Source: Botryllus schlosseri
Taxonomy: Eukaryota
DNA: 64,000 nucleotides
Reading direction: 5' to 3'
Assembly (NCBI GenBank): GCA_051294905.1
Contig: CM119378.1
Span: forward strand, 3,040,001 to 3,104,000
Shown: piece by piece, positions 25,201 to 37,980 of the stretch
Position numbering within the stretch: position 1 is the first letter of the stretch
Layout of the letters: each line of letters begins with the position of its first letter
Notes under the pieces: generated by a model
Seen by the model: only the letters and a program-made list of their open reading frames with translations
Database searches by the model: none
Told to the model about the DNA's origin: nothing
Made by a program: the position numbers and the translations under genes

Positions 25201-28200
25201 AAAAGGTTACGCACGACGGTTAGTCGAGATGTCCCGAGTTTTCAATCAAGTGGCGTTATCTGTTGCATCATAATGCGAATGAAACAGCAGCCTGCTAAAA
25301 ACGATGCTGCCACTGTAATAGGTAGAATTATCATAGCGAAATGAAAGTCGTGTCCAATTTGTACGGTGCAGCTAAGAAACGGATTATAGAATATTGATAT
25401 CGCTCTGCAATGGTGGGTACATAACTCGTTGTTTAGTGAAGCAATTGCCTAGGAGACAATCGGCACGGTCATTATCGGGAGTAATTGTGCGTAGGAATGG
25501 TACTCAGTGTACGCAGTTTTTATAGTTGGTTATCTATAGTTTGTTCCGGCTTGTTATATCATGAGATTAACACTAACTTCTTTATGCGCTGCGATCAACC
25601 GACACCTCAATAATAATTAAACATCTTCGGGCGTATACCCAATTACCCATTGACAGGAACGAAACAGAACCTCGTCCGACCTCTCAAAAAAACTTCGGCC
25701 TTGGGATCCCATAGGGCGATAAACCTATCCACAATCACGTTCGCTTTTGGCACGAAATTAGTCGTACACTCGTACAGTTTAGTGAGCCAGCGTGGCACGC
25801 GCGAAAATTTTCGATAATTCATGATAAAATCGTTCAATAAGATCGGGAATTGCATAAATATTGCTGTCAATTTCTTGTCCTCTCTGCTCACGTAATCAAA
25901 TTTACCGGTAGAGCTGAGTGAGGTGTCTTGGAAACTGTAGGGCCCGTTGGTATGACTCCGTAACATGATGTTATTTCGTGACCTCCTGTCCGCTATATCA
26001 AAAAATATAGAATCGCCCAAACGTATAGGCTACTAAACTAAAAGACGCACACGATTTCAAATGGGTAATTCTTCACTGTGCGATGGTATTTGTCTTGTGA
26101 GGTTCAGATTGCCAAGACAGGAACATTCGGCGCCAGTCATTTAGGCGCCTTTGGACAATTAAACCTATAAGTATTATGTGTATATAACGAAGTTTTCGGT
26201 CAGCATAAGGGCAGTCCTTTTCGGCCAAGGTTTTTTCGCTGCCGATCGTTCTAGCACACTCACTTCTTGGAGACGCATGTTACATGGCCTAAAACTTTAT
26301 ATGTCTTGGTGCGTCGTGGCCAATGTACGAAATAATTTTGGGCCCCCTTTGAGCTCGGCCCCCCAATTAGGGGTTTTGGGGTGCGGCAGTTACGGTCCTG
26401 ATCGACTACATGGTCAATGGTCATTTTACACCAGGCAGGTAATCTTTATTTGATTCCCTATTTGCCAGCAACTTGTTTCTACCGACTTTCGTCGGCGTAG
26501 GCCTACCTCGCGCGCTCTATAATTCCTGTTGCTTCGAGCTTCAGTTTGTTAGCCGTAGCCGCAGATGCGTATTCGTTTGTCGTCGAGACGGAGTGATTGA
26601 AATCTCTTGATTGTAGAGGCGCGACTGCGCGTGTTGGCGAATATGTCGCGTATTCACGGGAGTTCGCTAATAGACAGCACAGTCGGACTCGCTAGTAAAG
26701 TAGCGCGCGATGTGGAGTATGTTAAATATATCATATCATAGTTCGTCAAGACAAGGAAGATGATCCTATCCGAGCATTATACGCATTGGTACATGTACTT
26801 AACCCTAATAAACTGATGCTACCTTGGTAAATTTGAAATAAATTCCAACTCGTCCCTTTTTTCCGGCTGGCTACCTGCCTGCTTCATATTGCAATATTGT
26901 CACCATAAACAAGCTACTGGGTAATTGTTGATATTGTACGACTGCGAGTCGGTCCTCTTTTAAGAGGATTTATCCTATTTTTTAAAAGTGTCCTTGGATT
27001 GCCCTTTTTTCCTCTTTGAGATTTTGTCCTCTTTTTTTGAGAATTTTGGTCAAATTTACGGCGAAATTCGTCTGAAATGCCATAAATCAACACCGAAGTA
27101 ACGCTCCGGCGGGTGTTTCGGGAGCTAAGCCGGAAAGTTGACTTTTTAGTGAAAGAGAAACTGTATTTTGGGCACTGAGCGAGAAAAATTTGACCTTTTT
27201 CTTTAGTCAACCGACCACGAAGTGGGAAAAATTTACTATTTTCTCAGGATTTTCTTCCGTTTTTTTCAGGCTGAAAATTCTGAAAAAGTGTCCTCTTTTC
27301 AGATTTCCAAAATATGGTAACCCTATCTAATGATTTGGCATATACATAGGTTACATGCATATGTTAGTAATCTACAGTTACATACAATTCATGAGCATAT
27401 TGCGGGTAATTTCGGCAGGGCCAAATGTTATTAATTATTTAGTTGCATTTGGCATTTTGTTACATTGCATAAAGGATATCATCGCTACTCAAAAGAGATC
27501 CATTCATCACACCATCGTCCATTCACCACACAAAAAGTAAAATTTAAACATCCTTCGTGAGACGCACATGATTGCAACTCGCCAAGACTTCACGGGTTGC
27601 ATCATTTTAACTTTGCGGTTTGCGTTTTACGGTGGAGCTCGGATTGCAAGAAAACGACTATCCGGCGCCAATTATTTTGGTGCTGCACGTATCAGTATAG
27701 AATATTTCGATACATAAAAAAACACTCGCATCGCAGGCAACGCAACACGGACCGAAGGTGAAACAAGGAGCCGAGACATATTCAATATTAACGCTGCTGT
27801 GATAGATCATATTCTTATTTCTGGCCAAGAAAGTTCTACAAATGAAGGTTCGTGTAATCTGATCTGCTTGATTTTGTATAGTTGAGTGAAAGATTTGTGG
27901 TGGCATATTGATGATGATACTGGGACCCAAGCGTTTTCCAAATCTTTTATAGTAGGCTACAAATCGTAAGGATGGTTTGAACGTGAGGTTCACGTTCACG
28001 TTCTGTGTGTGAACCTCAGAAATTTAGACGTAGCGTTCACAAACGAACCTTGGTAGGTTCTGCACTGTGAACATTTTTCATATATTACTATTTTTCACCG
28101 CATTATAGCATCTTGGTAGTAGAAATTATTTGCATTTCAACTTTGGACGACTCTATGTATGGCGCTAGCAGCATAAAAAAATTGCACTAAACGAGCATGC

Positions 28201-31200
28201 GACCTTGCCAATCTCTAAAATTTTACATGCTTTGTTACAAAATTTTGCTCGAAATATTCAGCTTTCCTTTTGTGAATATTTAATGACTCTCTACTGTGAG
28301 CTTGAACTGCAATCACACAACACCAAGAACGAAATACACTACATCTAGGTAGTTAGCGAATGATGCTATTCAACCAATCAATGAAATTAATATTGAAAAT
28401 ACATCGTTGTCTAATGTTAAAAATCTATCAGGCGCACGGGATCCGTCTTGATTTGATATGTATATTGTATCATAAAAACCAAATTCATGCGATTGGGCTG
28501 CTGGCTACTGTATAACTTGTTTATGGGGTAATATCGGTAGCAATATAGAAACCCGTTTTAAACTCTGCTCAATATGAATGTAGCAATGGCCAGACGCCGA
28601 ATACATTGTCCAGCTAGCCTAGTGACGCAAAGCAACGGAAGATAATGATTTTATGGGATTACTATAGCATTTGATTGCTCCACTTGATATATTTGGTGAC
28701 GTTTAAAAAATCAGCATGTACTTCAGCATTCTGGGATAATGTTGTCTGAGTTGTCGCTAGGTATCGTGTACATTAATATATCGCTTCACTGAAATGTAGG
28801 GTTGGAATTAGCAATATGACGGCATATGATGTCATAGGTTCACGTTCGCGTTCACATAGCATCCTTCAAAAAGGTTCGCGTTCACACGAACATGATGCTT
28901 TCGGGGGTTCGCGCCATCCCTAATACATAGTTGTGGTCAGAAGGCACACTTACCTGCGATAAGATAAGAAAATTTGAGTTCTAAGCGTCCGAATGGATCC
29001 TTTGATAAAAATCCGGATAATCCATAAATTCCAGAATTACATTCTTTATGTAGCGGGAATCAATGACGAAGATCTGATAAACACCGTCAACTGCCACACC
29101 AAGAACATTTCTTCAGTAGATCTACTGGTCGACTTTGCGCACGAAAAGCTATGTGAACCGAACTTTGCGGTTTACCCGCAGATGTTGGAAATTGATATCA
29201 ACGACTATTACAAAGGTCATCTTGAAGCAACATATTTTGACGGAACTCTGAAGCCTTATCAGTCTCGATATGAAGGTTTTCATAATCAGTTGACGAAGGA
29301 AGTCGGGTTTCAAACGCAACAACCAAATGAAGACAGAGTGATCGATGCGGACAGTTTCATGGCATCAATATGGAGTACGGATGAGTTGGTTCCAGATGAC
29401 GAAATTGGTTTTACTGCTATTGTGGCATCAGCGGGTTCAGGAAAAACGACTCTCACGCGACGAATAGCTCTACAAGCACTCAGCAAAAATAGTGACACGG
29501 ATTCACACAGCTTACCGAAAATGGTCCACTATATAGAGTTGAAGAACATCGAAGAAGAGAAATCTATTAAACCATCCCACTTTCTATTCCGCGGCCTTTA
29601 CCAAAATGAAGCTGAAGAGGATCAGGCGTACGCATGGTTGCTCAAACATCAAACTCGTGCCATTTTGATATTTGATGGGCTTGATCAAGCTAGATGGAAT
29701 TTTGATGTACGAAATCTCCGAAAGATCAGGATTTACGAACAAGCAAGCACCTCGACAATCATGTACAACATCCTAGGTCGCAATATTCTTCGTCATGTTA
29801 AAATTTTCATTGCTTCTCGTGAGTATAAAATCTCGGAGCTGCCTGCATTAGCCCAACCTCAGAGAATCATCGCATTAAACGGTCTCAGAAGTGAAGATGC
29901 CCAAAGACTTTTCATTTATTTGCTAGAAAAAAACGGCAAGGAACTCTGGAATAAAATCGAAACCATGTCACCACGTTTACTTCAATTAGTTTCGGTCCCG
30001 GTTTTCCTTATTCTAACAGCGATTGTGATGGGTAGGAACCCATGCCGAGATCCTCCCACTACAATCACGGAATTGTACAGCAGGATCATATCAAATCTTC
30101 AAAGCGTAGAAAACATCAGAAACCGGGATCAAATTGTTTTGGTTATCAACAAATTGAAAGCATTAGCATTTCAAGGCATGGAAGAAGGAAAACTCATATT
30201 TGACCACGCGGACTTGGCGAAATTCGGACTTACTGCAGAAGAAGTTCAAGATTTGATGACAAAAGTTCCGGGAAACAATCTTCTCAGCCGTCATTTGATG
30301 GAAGGCCACTTTAAATTCTTTTTCTGCCATCAAAGTATTGAAGAATTTCTTGCGGCTAGTTTTGCAGCCGAAATGGAATATCTCGAATTCTCGCAATTCG
30401 ATGCGAGATATCAGCGCGACAACCGGTGGTCAGTAGTCCGAAGGTTCGTTACAGGAATTGTCTTCTCCAGCTCGAAGAATCAGCTTCATGAAGGTCAGGC
30501 ATCATTTTACCTTGCGCAGATATTATTTCAATAAGTCTACATGAGAATCTAAAAGTTTGTAATCTCCACCCTCCAGTACCAATATTGGTCTGGCGATTGC
30601 AAAACCATAATACTAGTGGTTCTTACCTTTTACTAACCTGTGGAACCCTTGCACCAGGGACGGGCAACATACGGCCCGCAGAGACTTTCTACCCTGAAAG
30701 TGAAATTATATTCGGAAAGTATTGACAAATTTGATGCGTCACAGAATTAATCCAAGTTTGCCAACCTGATAAAGATGGACATGAAACTTCTTGCTCTGTT
30801 CGGGTGTAGGCTACATATGTTTTCGACCATAAAAATTAACGAGACACGGCTGCGTTTCCACTCTACATACGACATGCAGCCAGAGTTCAAATAACTTGTT
30901 GACAATTTTGACCGACCACAGAGGTCTGATTGACTTCAACAGCTACTGGTAATAAATATATTAAGTAGACTAACCCCAGATTTTCGCTTAGTCGCAAAAA
31001 CAAAAAATTCACCACATAAAACATATCGTACATTACTAAAACATATATAGGCTACTCAAGCCACAAATTAACTTTGCATCAACAACAGTGTTAAAAGAAC
31101 AAAACCATAACACGTGATAGATGACCTCCAGCGAGCTCCCGGGGCTCGATGTCAACCCTCGTTTAGAATAGGGTTGCCATGCGTCCGAAATTTCACTGTT

Positions 31201-34200
31201 CAAACTGCGTCCGGAAGGAATTTCTAAAATATTCCTAAATGTCCGGAATTTTGAAGGCTTGAAGTAAGCTTATAATTTTTTTAGTAAATCAATATAAACG
31301 ATCTTATTTTGGGCAGATTTATGCTACATGATATATTTCTTCGCGCTGCGCGCGATTTAGTATCACATTTTATTGATTTTAAGACGGGAATATCACCCTC
31401 GCAAAAACTGCGATCAAAAATAAATAAAATTAACCTTCATTTACAAAAATAACTCTAATTGTGATCGCAATTATAGGAGAACGATATATTCCTAGAGTCG
31501 GTTTAGGCCGCTTGGATACTCTATTCAAAGATAGTGGTACTAAACAGGGGGGTCGTTTGCCTTTATTCTAGGGTTCGCGAAGATGTCGAACGTAATCAGC
31601 TTCCAAAATAGTCCGTGAGTAAGGATGGGCAAAGGTGCCGACCTTTTATTAGTAATCAGCTTATCAAATTTTGAAAACCACTGGATGTGCGGTGTTTATA
31701 TAGCTCAGTGGTGCAGTGCGCACCGGTATTAGGCTGATTAATAATCTTATCAGTGTGACATGGACATGACTAAACGACGTACAATTACGCTCTTTGCATT
31801 TTCGAAGTCATCATCTTCCATCAGCTCTACCTCAAACTCTGATCATGTGGGCGGAGAGAGGATCAAAATTATATAGTAATATATGAAAGAACTAATATTA
31901 TTGACAGAAATCATTCACATCATTTAACGACCAGATGCATATAGAAACCAAATGCATATAGTAAGGCCCCAGAAGCTACATCGAATACCCTACGGTGGGC
32001 CCAGGACCAGTGTTTATTTGGGCAAGAGCGCGCTAAAATGTGGCTTCGGCCCTGGTTACAACTTACGACACACAACCACATACTCCTGACCCGGATCTTG
32101 ACCACCTCAAGTTGATAGGCAAAGCTTTGCAGGTTTGGCGTCAGATTGATCGACAATGTGCTCATACATCATTTCGAAATCCGATAGTGGGCGCTAAAGA
32201 GCGCCCGGAAATTGTGAAACAGAAATATGGTAACCCTAGTTTAGAATCACTACCATATGCTAGTGCTGGGATGACTCGGGTCATGACTTGACTCGAGTCA
32301 GACTCTAGTTACCTTTTTCGTATGACTTGACTTGACTCGAGTCATTGAGTCGGCGTATCAAAAATATGGATTGACTCGTGACTCGGAGCAAAATTCACGA
32401 GTCAATTTCGAGTCATCAAGCAATCAATGTCGATAAAAATCATTGTTCTCTCACAAATAAATTGATCGCAAACGAAGTGATCGGAGCTTACAGCTTACGT
32501 TGTCGTAAACTGTAATTTAATAGCAAAATTTCTTTTGCTGTTCTCTGTTCTTAACTTAACCAAACCTCTTGTTTTATTGAAATTGAATGCCAATATAGTT
32601 TATATAGTCCTCAACCATCGGCGCAGGCTGGAATTGTATCATATCAATTTGTATATCGGTAATATATTACATCTTATCAATTCGTTTCTCTATTCTCTAT
32701 TTTGGCTGGTAACTATAATCCGAGGTCATGCAATTACTTACGTAGTTAAGCATTTCTACGTATATGTGAGCAATAAAGCGCCTTCTTGCGTTTATATTTA
32801 ACTCTATATTCGTTCATAGGTCCAGAATCAATAACCACTCAATCTGTATTTCAGACATCTAGCAAAATGCAATGACGTAAGCATGCCTCATACTTCGAAA
32901 AGGCAATTTGACTTGAATTCTTACTTGACTCGTGACTTGAATCGACTTGACTCGAGTCACCTCCAAAATTCGAGTGACTTGACTTGACTCGAGTCACCTT
33001 CAAAAATCGATTGACTTGACTTGACTCGAGTCAAAATGCGCAATGACTCGAAATGACTCGTGACTCGAAGGTAGTGACTTGATCCCAACACTGCCATATG
33101 CTAATATAGCAATGTATTAAGATGCCATGCCATTCAGTATAATTTTCTCAACATTGAGTAAGGATTCCAAAATGTCGGAAAAAACGGATTTTCCTCTTCT
33201 GAAATTTATTAATTTATTGAAATGTGGTTTTCGCCACAGTTTCTGATCATGCCAAGAAACAGCAAATTATTTCTGGATCGATTCGTACACAACTCGAGGA
33301 GTCATCGGACAGTTTTACTCGTATGGAACTATATACCTTGATTTACGAATCTGACGACGGAAAGCTGATGAGAAACCTTTCCGTGATCGACGTGTCAGTA
33401 ATCTCATTAAGTCGCGATCAAGCTCACATCGTTGGGTCATTGATTGCAAGAAGTGGACGTCTCGAAGCTTTGAATTTGGGAAAATGCAACATCAACGATG
33501 TGGACCTGCATGTCATCGCAAGATATGCTATCGACCACATTCAGGTGTGGAATGATAGGAATATTATAGCGGTGTTACGGTTAGGTCCACCAGATCCATT
33601 GCAAAATATAGTGCGCTTCGATACACCTGACCATAGGTCATGGTAACATGGAGCGACGACATTCAAATAGCCTACATACAGAGGTGGTCAGTAATGAAGT
33701 ACTTCTACTTTTTCGAAGTACTCAAGTAGTTTTCCTTTCCTTCTGGTACTTAAGTAGATCTATTTTCTCTGAGGCCTACTTCGGAATATTTTGTGAACTA
33801 CTTGCTTACTTTTCGCTATTTTCAGTTTGTCAAGTAGAAGTAGTTTAATCCCCCAATAAGAAAGATAGCCTAAGGAATTTCGGGGCTGTTTAGAAGTAGT
33901 TAGTACCAGCATTTAATTTTCATAAAAGTCATGTAATACCCAGAATTTTCGTTGCGTTTCGAGTACAGTAGATATGAAGTGACAATTTTTTTAACGAAAG
34001 TATCGCTGAATATAATTTAGATACCGGGTTGCGTGGTTCCGTTCACACCGCATTGTCATCTATATCAAATATTTCATCACAGTAAGTATGGCCCCCCAAA
34101 ACGTTTGAAACTACCGTTTCGCAATCTAGCAATTACCTATTATACCTAGTAGCCCATGACGTGTCCTAATCTGAAAAAGTGGACTTTGATGTTTTTTAAC

Positions 34201-37200
34201 GTTAGACCGGTTTTAGCAGACCACCGTTGAAACTTTCTGGACAAAAGACATGAAATATATATTCCGCTTTTTAGAAGTAGTATTTGTATTTTTCTTTCAA
34301 ATTCGAGTAGTATACGTTGAGTTCTAATTACAGTTTCAGTTCTTCTGTCTGGATAACATACACGTGGAAGTATAAAAGCAAGTGTAGTAATGCCTTATAT
34401 TTTCCGAAAATAGAGCTATAAACTATATTGCATTTTTACGCTCTGTCAAATTTTTAATCAACGTATACTAATCTAACACCCCATGATATGGACGACTGCT
34501 TATTCCGTCAAAAATTGACACCCCCTTGGATGCATCAATATGAATCAAGCTCTCTACACCTTCCTCGTAGCTCCGTTTGCAGCTTTTGACAGTCCAAGCG
34601 AACGAATTACGATCGTTTTCACAACTACTTACTTACTTGAGTAGATTTAAAGTCAGTCAATTCTACTTTTACTTCAAGTAGTTTTAAGTTGGTCATGGAA
34701 GAAGTACTTCTACTACTTCCACTTGAGTAGCTTTCTTGGCTACTTTGACCATGCGTACATATCATATTTTCTATTATGGGCACAATCTTGAATCATCCGC
34801 TACTCATTTGAACAATATTTAGGTTCTCAAATTGACTACCACAACCGATCACGACGTTGAATTAACGAAGAGAGGTGAAGCTATCACCGTAATGGGCAAA
34901 GGTATTTTTGGACACTTTGACCTGAAGGTGAGGTAAAAAGTGGATTTTCGCAGAAACGATGTTAAGTTAACTACTTAATTGATGCCACTGCCCAAACATA
35001 TTCATTGTTACTAGCTTATCCGGCATTGCAGAAAATTGGCATAAACATAGTACCCATTGGCGTGAAGCAACGTAGTCGCAAGAATAACTGTACCGTAAGC
35101 CTAATTTTACATAATCATAATTATTGAGCAAAATTATTTCAAAACCGAAACCATACAGAAGCTGAACAGGTAACAGCCCCGTATACCGAGGAATCACTAT
35201 TTCCACCAACTCACCACATGACGGGCTTGGACAACTAGATAGCTTCAGCTGTCTAATGGGACTAATTAGAGCGAAATGGCGGTAATCGACTTCAAATCTA
35301 ATTTCTGGTTGTCCTGAAAATTCTACATGAGGACTGTATTGTGCGAAAAGTGCCAAGCTCGCTGTACTGTAGTCATTTGCATGCTTATGAGAATGGACTC
35401 TGATTTGATATGAGCTGGGCTTCATTCACTTTCCAAGTTTTCGCGAATTCAGTAATTCTAGTTCTAACCTAATTTGGGAGAAAACTCTGTATAGTTATAA
35501 TTCTAATTATATAGCCGAATTTGGAAAAAATAGGTATAATTCTCATTCTTGTCTAATTTGGAAAATACTGTGTAGCTATAATTCTAATTCTAATCTAATT
35601 GGGAAAGGCTGACAATTTTCTAGTTGTCCAAATCTGCTACATGTTGGCTGATCTGCTATTTACCATGCATTCAACAAATATTTTTTCAGTACCATGCAGT
35701 GTTAAGCGTGAGTAAATAAGTCTCTGGGGCGAGACATAATGCGCTTGGCGTGATGGTCTCCGTTGCACCGATATGTATACAAATACCTCGATATAGGGCT
35801 GCATTTAAAATAAAAATCAATTTGAAAAAAACATGTATAAAACAAGGCCCTTATTTGAAACATGTTTTTCATTTCATATTTTTTTCAGGCTATGACGTCA
35901 CCAATATTGAATTGTGACGCCATAGTGTATTGACATTGACATTTGGAAATATATAGGGCAAATATATATTATTTGACGAAATATCTACGCTATAGCTGTT
36001 GAACCGACTATTTTGTGAGTTCCAAACATACCATATCGTACACGCTGGCTATATCGGGGGTAATTGTCCGTAGGCTTAAAGGCATTCGTTTAAAACATTC
36101 TTCAAAACATGTTTTAAACAACCATTTGTTTTAAATGCAACCGGCCTCGATAAGTAACATGCGCGGTACCACTCCGTGAGCTCTTGAAGTTACACTATAA
36201 TCGCAATTGCTAAAGCATTTCATCGTCACAGCGTCAAGGTGATCGCAATGTCGTCTACGTTCGACCGCGACTGCGCACCACGACCACGACTGCAATTCCG
36301 CGAATAAATTTATCATACACATGGGCCATAATCGAAATCAAATCAAAACAGTATCAATTTCAGAAAATTTGAACCTGAAGCTATGAAATTCCCTTTAACA
36401 TTGCGACTCATTCCTATATTTTCATTGTATGAGAAAGATATAATAAATAAGGATATGAACCTAACAATGTTTACTGTCTCAGGAAATGAAGCTGGTATTC
36501 GAAGCATTCCACAACATTGACCGATTAAGCATCGCAACGTTTTTTAAGACATTTTTCGAGCCTGTATCTGTTACAATCAATATTCCGCCAGATGAATTAC
36601 ATCAGATAATGGGAGTGACCATTTTAAACAAGGTGATATATCGAGACTTTCTATTGCAACAATATATTACTGACGATGACCCCCGGCGTGCATCATCAAA
36701 AGTATTTGAATTTATTGCAATATGAATATAATATTCATATTAATTGTATTGTATTGAGCTTTATTACATTTATCTTTGAACGAACTGACCTCGTCTTCTG
36801 TAAGCCACCAATAAGTCACTGAGTTATTTTACATTAAAATTTTCCTTATCGGCAAATTAGAATGAATCGTAATGCTGTCGCAAACTTGGGTCAAATTTCT
36901 GTATCGTTTTTTTTTTTTTTTTTGGGGGGGGGGGGTATTCATGGTGTTTGTCGACTACTATGGTCATTTACACCAGGCCTATATTCTTCTTTTTTTCCGT
37001 AACTGCCGACTTATAGCACGGCCCACGTCTAGTCTTTTGTAAGCCACCGCTGACGCGGATGAGATGGCGAGGAGGAGCCTAGGTAAACCTCCAACACTTA
37101 GGTATCGGAATTAGGAAGTCGACCATGGTCGGACTCGAACCCGCGCCCATTGGTGTTGCAGCCGCGGATTATACCACTGCGCTATCTCGCCACAAAATTT

Positions 37201-37980
37201 CTGTATCGATTGCTCTCGATATATGAGGCTCGGGTCACGGGTTGGTAATAAACTGAGATTTGGACCGTGCTATAAAAAGTTTTAGAACTACTGGATAACT
37301 TACACCTTGCCACATCCGTTCTGACTTCCTTCGAACTATTTTGGACCTGAATATTTGTTTCCTGGTTGGTCCAAATTACTTTACACAAACACTTTTGAAA
37401 CTAGGTTCTACTCTTGAATGGCATTTTATTTTAGATGGAAAAGATGCTCCTTCATTGCTGCGAAGGTGAAAATGTCGATTGGTCGTTGATTGATGATTGT
37501 GTCAAGATATACCAGGTCAAATTCGGCGGTAAATTCATTTCCCATATTTGAAATTTGTCTCATTCCAGGTTGAACACCTGAATATCATTGCAAACGGGAA
37601 AACTACTTTCGAAGATCATAGCAGCATACTGAAACATGCCGGCGATATCTGTCATTTTGGTGTTCACGTAAATATTCAATGGCTGTTCTACATAAGAAAT
37701 GCGGATAGCGTGCAAAGTATTCTTGAAGCTTGTCAACAAAAAAAAGTAATGAACACGAATCTCTTATCATTTAATGCTAACTGACATGTCCCACCAGATG
37801 GAGTGCATCAAATGTGTGATTGATTGGTTCTATCGTCCTTCGCTTGATGAAATCATTGCGCTTGTTGAGAATTCGGAAAAACTCATTCTGATATATTGGC
37901 GTAACACTGACATGTTGGACGAGCGGGATTTGGAAAAGGTTTCGAAGATTTCAAGCGTACAAATTTTAAACGGTTCGTAA
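16015..37980 (+). CDS. NLR-like gene A: PB1/ubiquitin-like N-terminus, NACHT, divergent LRR-like C-terminus (~888 aa, 8 exons)
   Basis: Proposed exons: 16015-16240, 29054-30493, 33240-33544, 34823-34927, 36483-36632, 37435-37515, 37569-37745, 37798-37980. All introns are GT-AG, with phases 1,1,0,0,0,0,0 consistent. Total 2667 nt, open to TAA. The exon1-exon2 link across 12.8 kb is inferred from phase only. Confidence 0.7.
16587..19603. mobile_element. hAT-type MITE with tacttc/gagtag subterminal repeats, hosting a foldback element
   Basis: Ends cagaggcggtca / tgaccaactctg; decayed TSD atattacg / atattatt. An uninterrupted sibling lies at 33679-34752. Confidence 0.75.
17160..18801. mobile_element. 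Foldback (near-fully palindromic) non-autonomous element with hAT-like TAGGG ends
   Basis: Perfect TSD atgtccat (17152-17159, 18802-18809). Arms ~775 bp, with the outer 421 bp identical by eye; spacer ~90 bp. Confidence 0.92.
19962..21390. mobile_element. hAT-type MITE with ggagcc subterminal repeats
   Basis: TSD gtttatgc (19954-19961, 21391-21398); ends cagggctttg / caaagccctt. Confidence 0.75.
21990..23793. mobile_element. hAT-type MITE with (gtatg)n subterminal repeats; nested Charlie MITE at ~22829-23431
   Basis: Perfect TSD gtcgtcac; TIR cagggcatggtatg / cataccatgccctg. Confidence 0.85.
23812..24612 (+). mobile_element. Two head-to-tail copies of a ~400-bp hAT MITE (23812-24191 and 24197-24612)
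   Basis: TIR cagagatgagc / gctcatctctg; aatcc repeats; TSDs cctagcag and caccctag. A third copy lies at 47330-47751. Confidence 0.88.
25600..26400 (+). mobile_element. 3' fragment of family A element
   Basis: Similar to 1600-2560 and ends gttacggtcctg. Confidence 0.8.
26810..27325. mobile_element. Old hAT-type MITE ending ggtaacccta
   Basis: tgtcctctttt repeats; terminal atatggtaacccta. Internal 27050-27150 matches the joined flanks 9325-9383 + 11754-11765 + 14827-14860. Confidence 0.55.
27967..28922 (+). mobile_element. hAT-type MITE family B (gttcac/gtgaac repeats)
   Basis: Ends taaggatgg / ccatcccta; homologous to 59478-60464 and 61289-62361; TSD not recognisable. Confidence 0.8.
29054..30493 (+). 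CDS. Gene A NACHT exon
   Basis: Acceptor tttatgtag|, donor gaag|gtcagg. Walker A ASAGSGKTT, Walker B ILIFDGLDQ, sensor-1 KIFIASR, LNGLRSEDA, VSVPVFL, TITELY, LAFQGM, winged-helix FCHQSIEEFLAA, RWSVVRRFVTG. Confidence 0.92.
31169..32238. mobile_element. hAT MITE nested in the end of an older Charlie MITE (~30614-32252)
   Basis: Perfect TSD gtttagaa; TIR tagggttgccat / atggtaacccta. Confidence 0.85.
32261..33093. mobile_element. hAT MITE with gactcgagtc/gactt repeats
   Basis: Perfect TSD ccatatgc; ends tagtgctgggat / atcccaacactg; inverted sibling at 43304-44226. Confidence 0.88.
33240..33544 (+). CDS. Gene A exon 3 (post-NACHT helical region and first LRRs)
   Basis: ccacag| acceptor, cag|gtgtgg donor; ELYTLIYES, LSVIDVSVISLS, LEALNLGKCNINDVDL; clear paralogue at 56032-56339. 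Confidence 0.85.
33679..34752. mobile_element. Uninterrupted sibling of the 16587-19603 MITE
   Basis: cagaggtggtcagtaa start; colinear with 16587-17159 + 18802-19603; right end decayed. Confidence 0.75.
34823..34927 (+). CDS. Gene A exon 4
   Basis: tatttag| ... aag|gtgagg; 105 nt, phase 0-0, open (VLKLTTTTDHDVELTKRGEAITVMGKGIFGHFDLK). Confidence 0.65.
36483..36632 (+). CDS. Gene A exon 5
   Basis: gtctcag| ... aag|gtgata; 150 nt, phase 0-0, open. Confidence 0.65.
36950..37191 (-). mobile_element. tRNA-derived SINE (family 1)
   Basis: Reverse strand has A-box-like tagcgcagtgg and B box ggttcgagtcc; homologous to 39239-39455. Confidence 0.7.
37435..37980 (+). CDS. Gene A exons 6-8 (37435-37515, 37569-37745, 37798-37980)
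   Basis: Phase-0 exons separated by 53- and 52-bp GT-AG introns (branch-like gctaac in the last); stop TAA at 37978-37980; LRR-like strands MEKMLL, VEHLNI, MECIKC, SEKLILI. Confidence 0.7.

Noticed and set aside
26742..26788. Possible extra small exon in gene A intron 1
   Set aside because: Weak donor, and its length is not a multiple of 3, so it is incompatible with the phase 1-1 context.
28993..29053. ORF-track start MDPLIKIRII... for the NACHT ORF, and the read-through tails after 30493 and 55334
   Set aside because: Similarity with the paralogue starts and stops exactly at the splice sites, so these stretches are most likely intronic.
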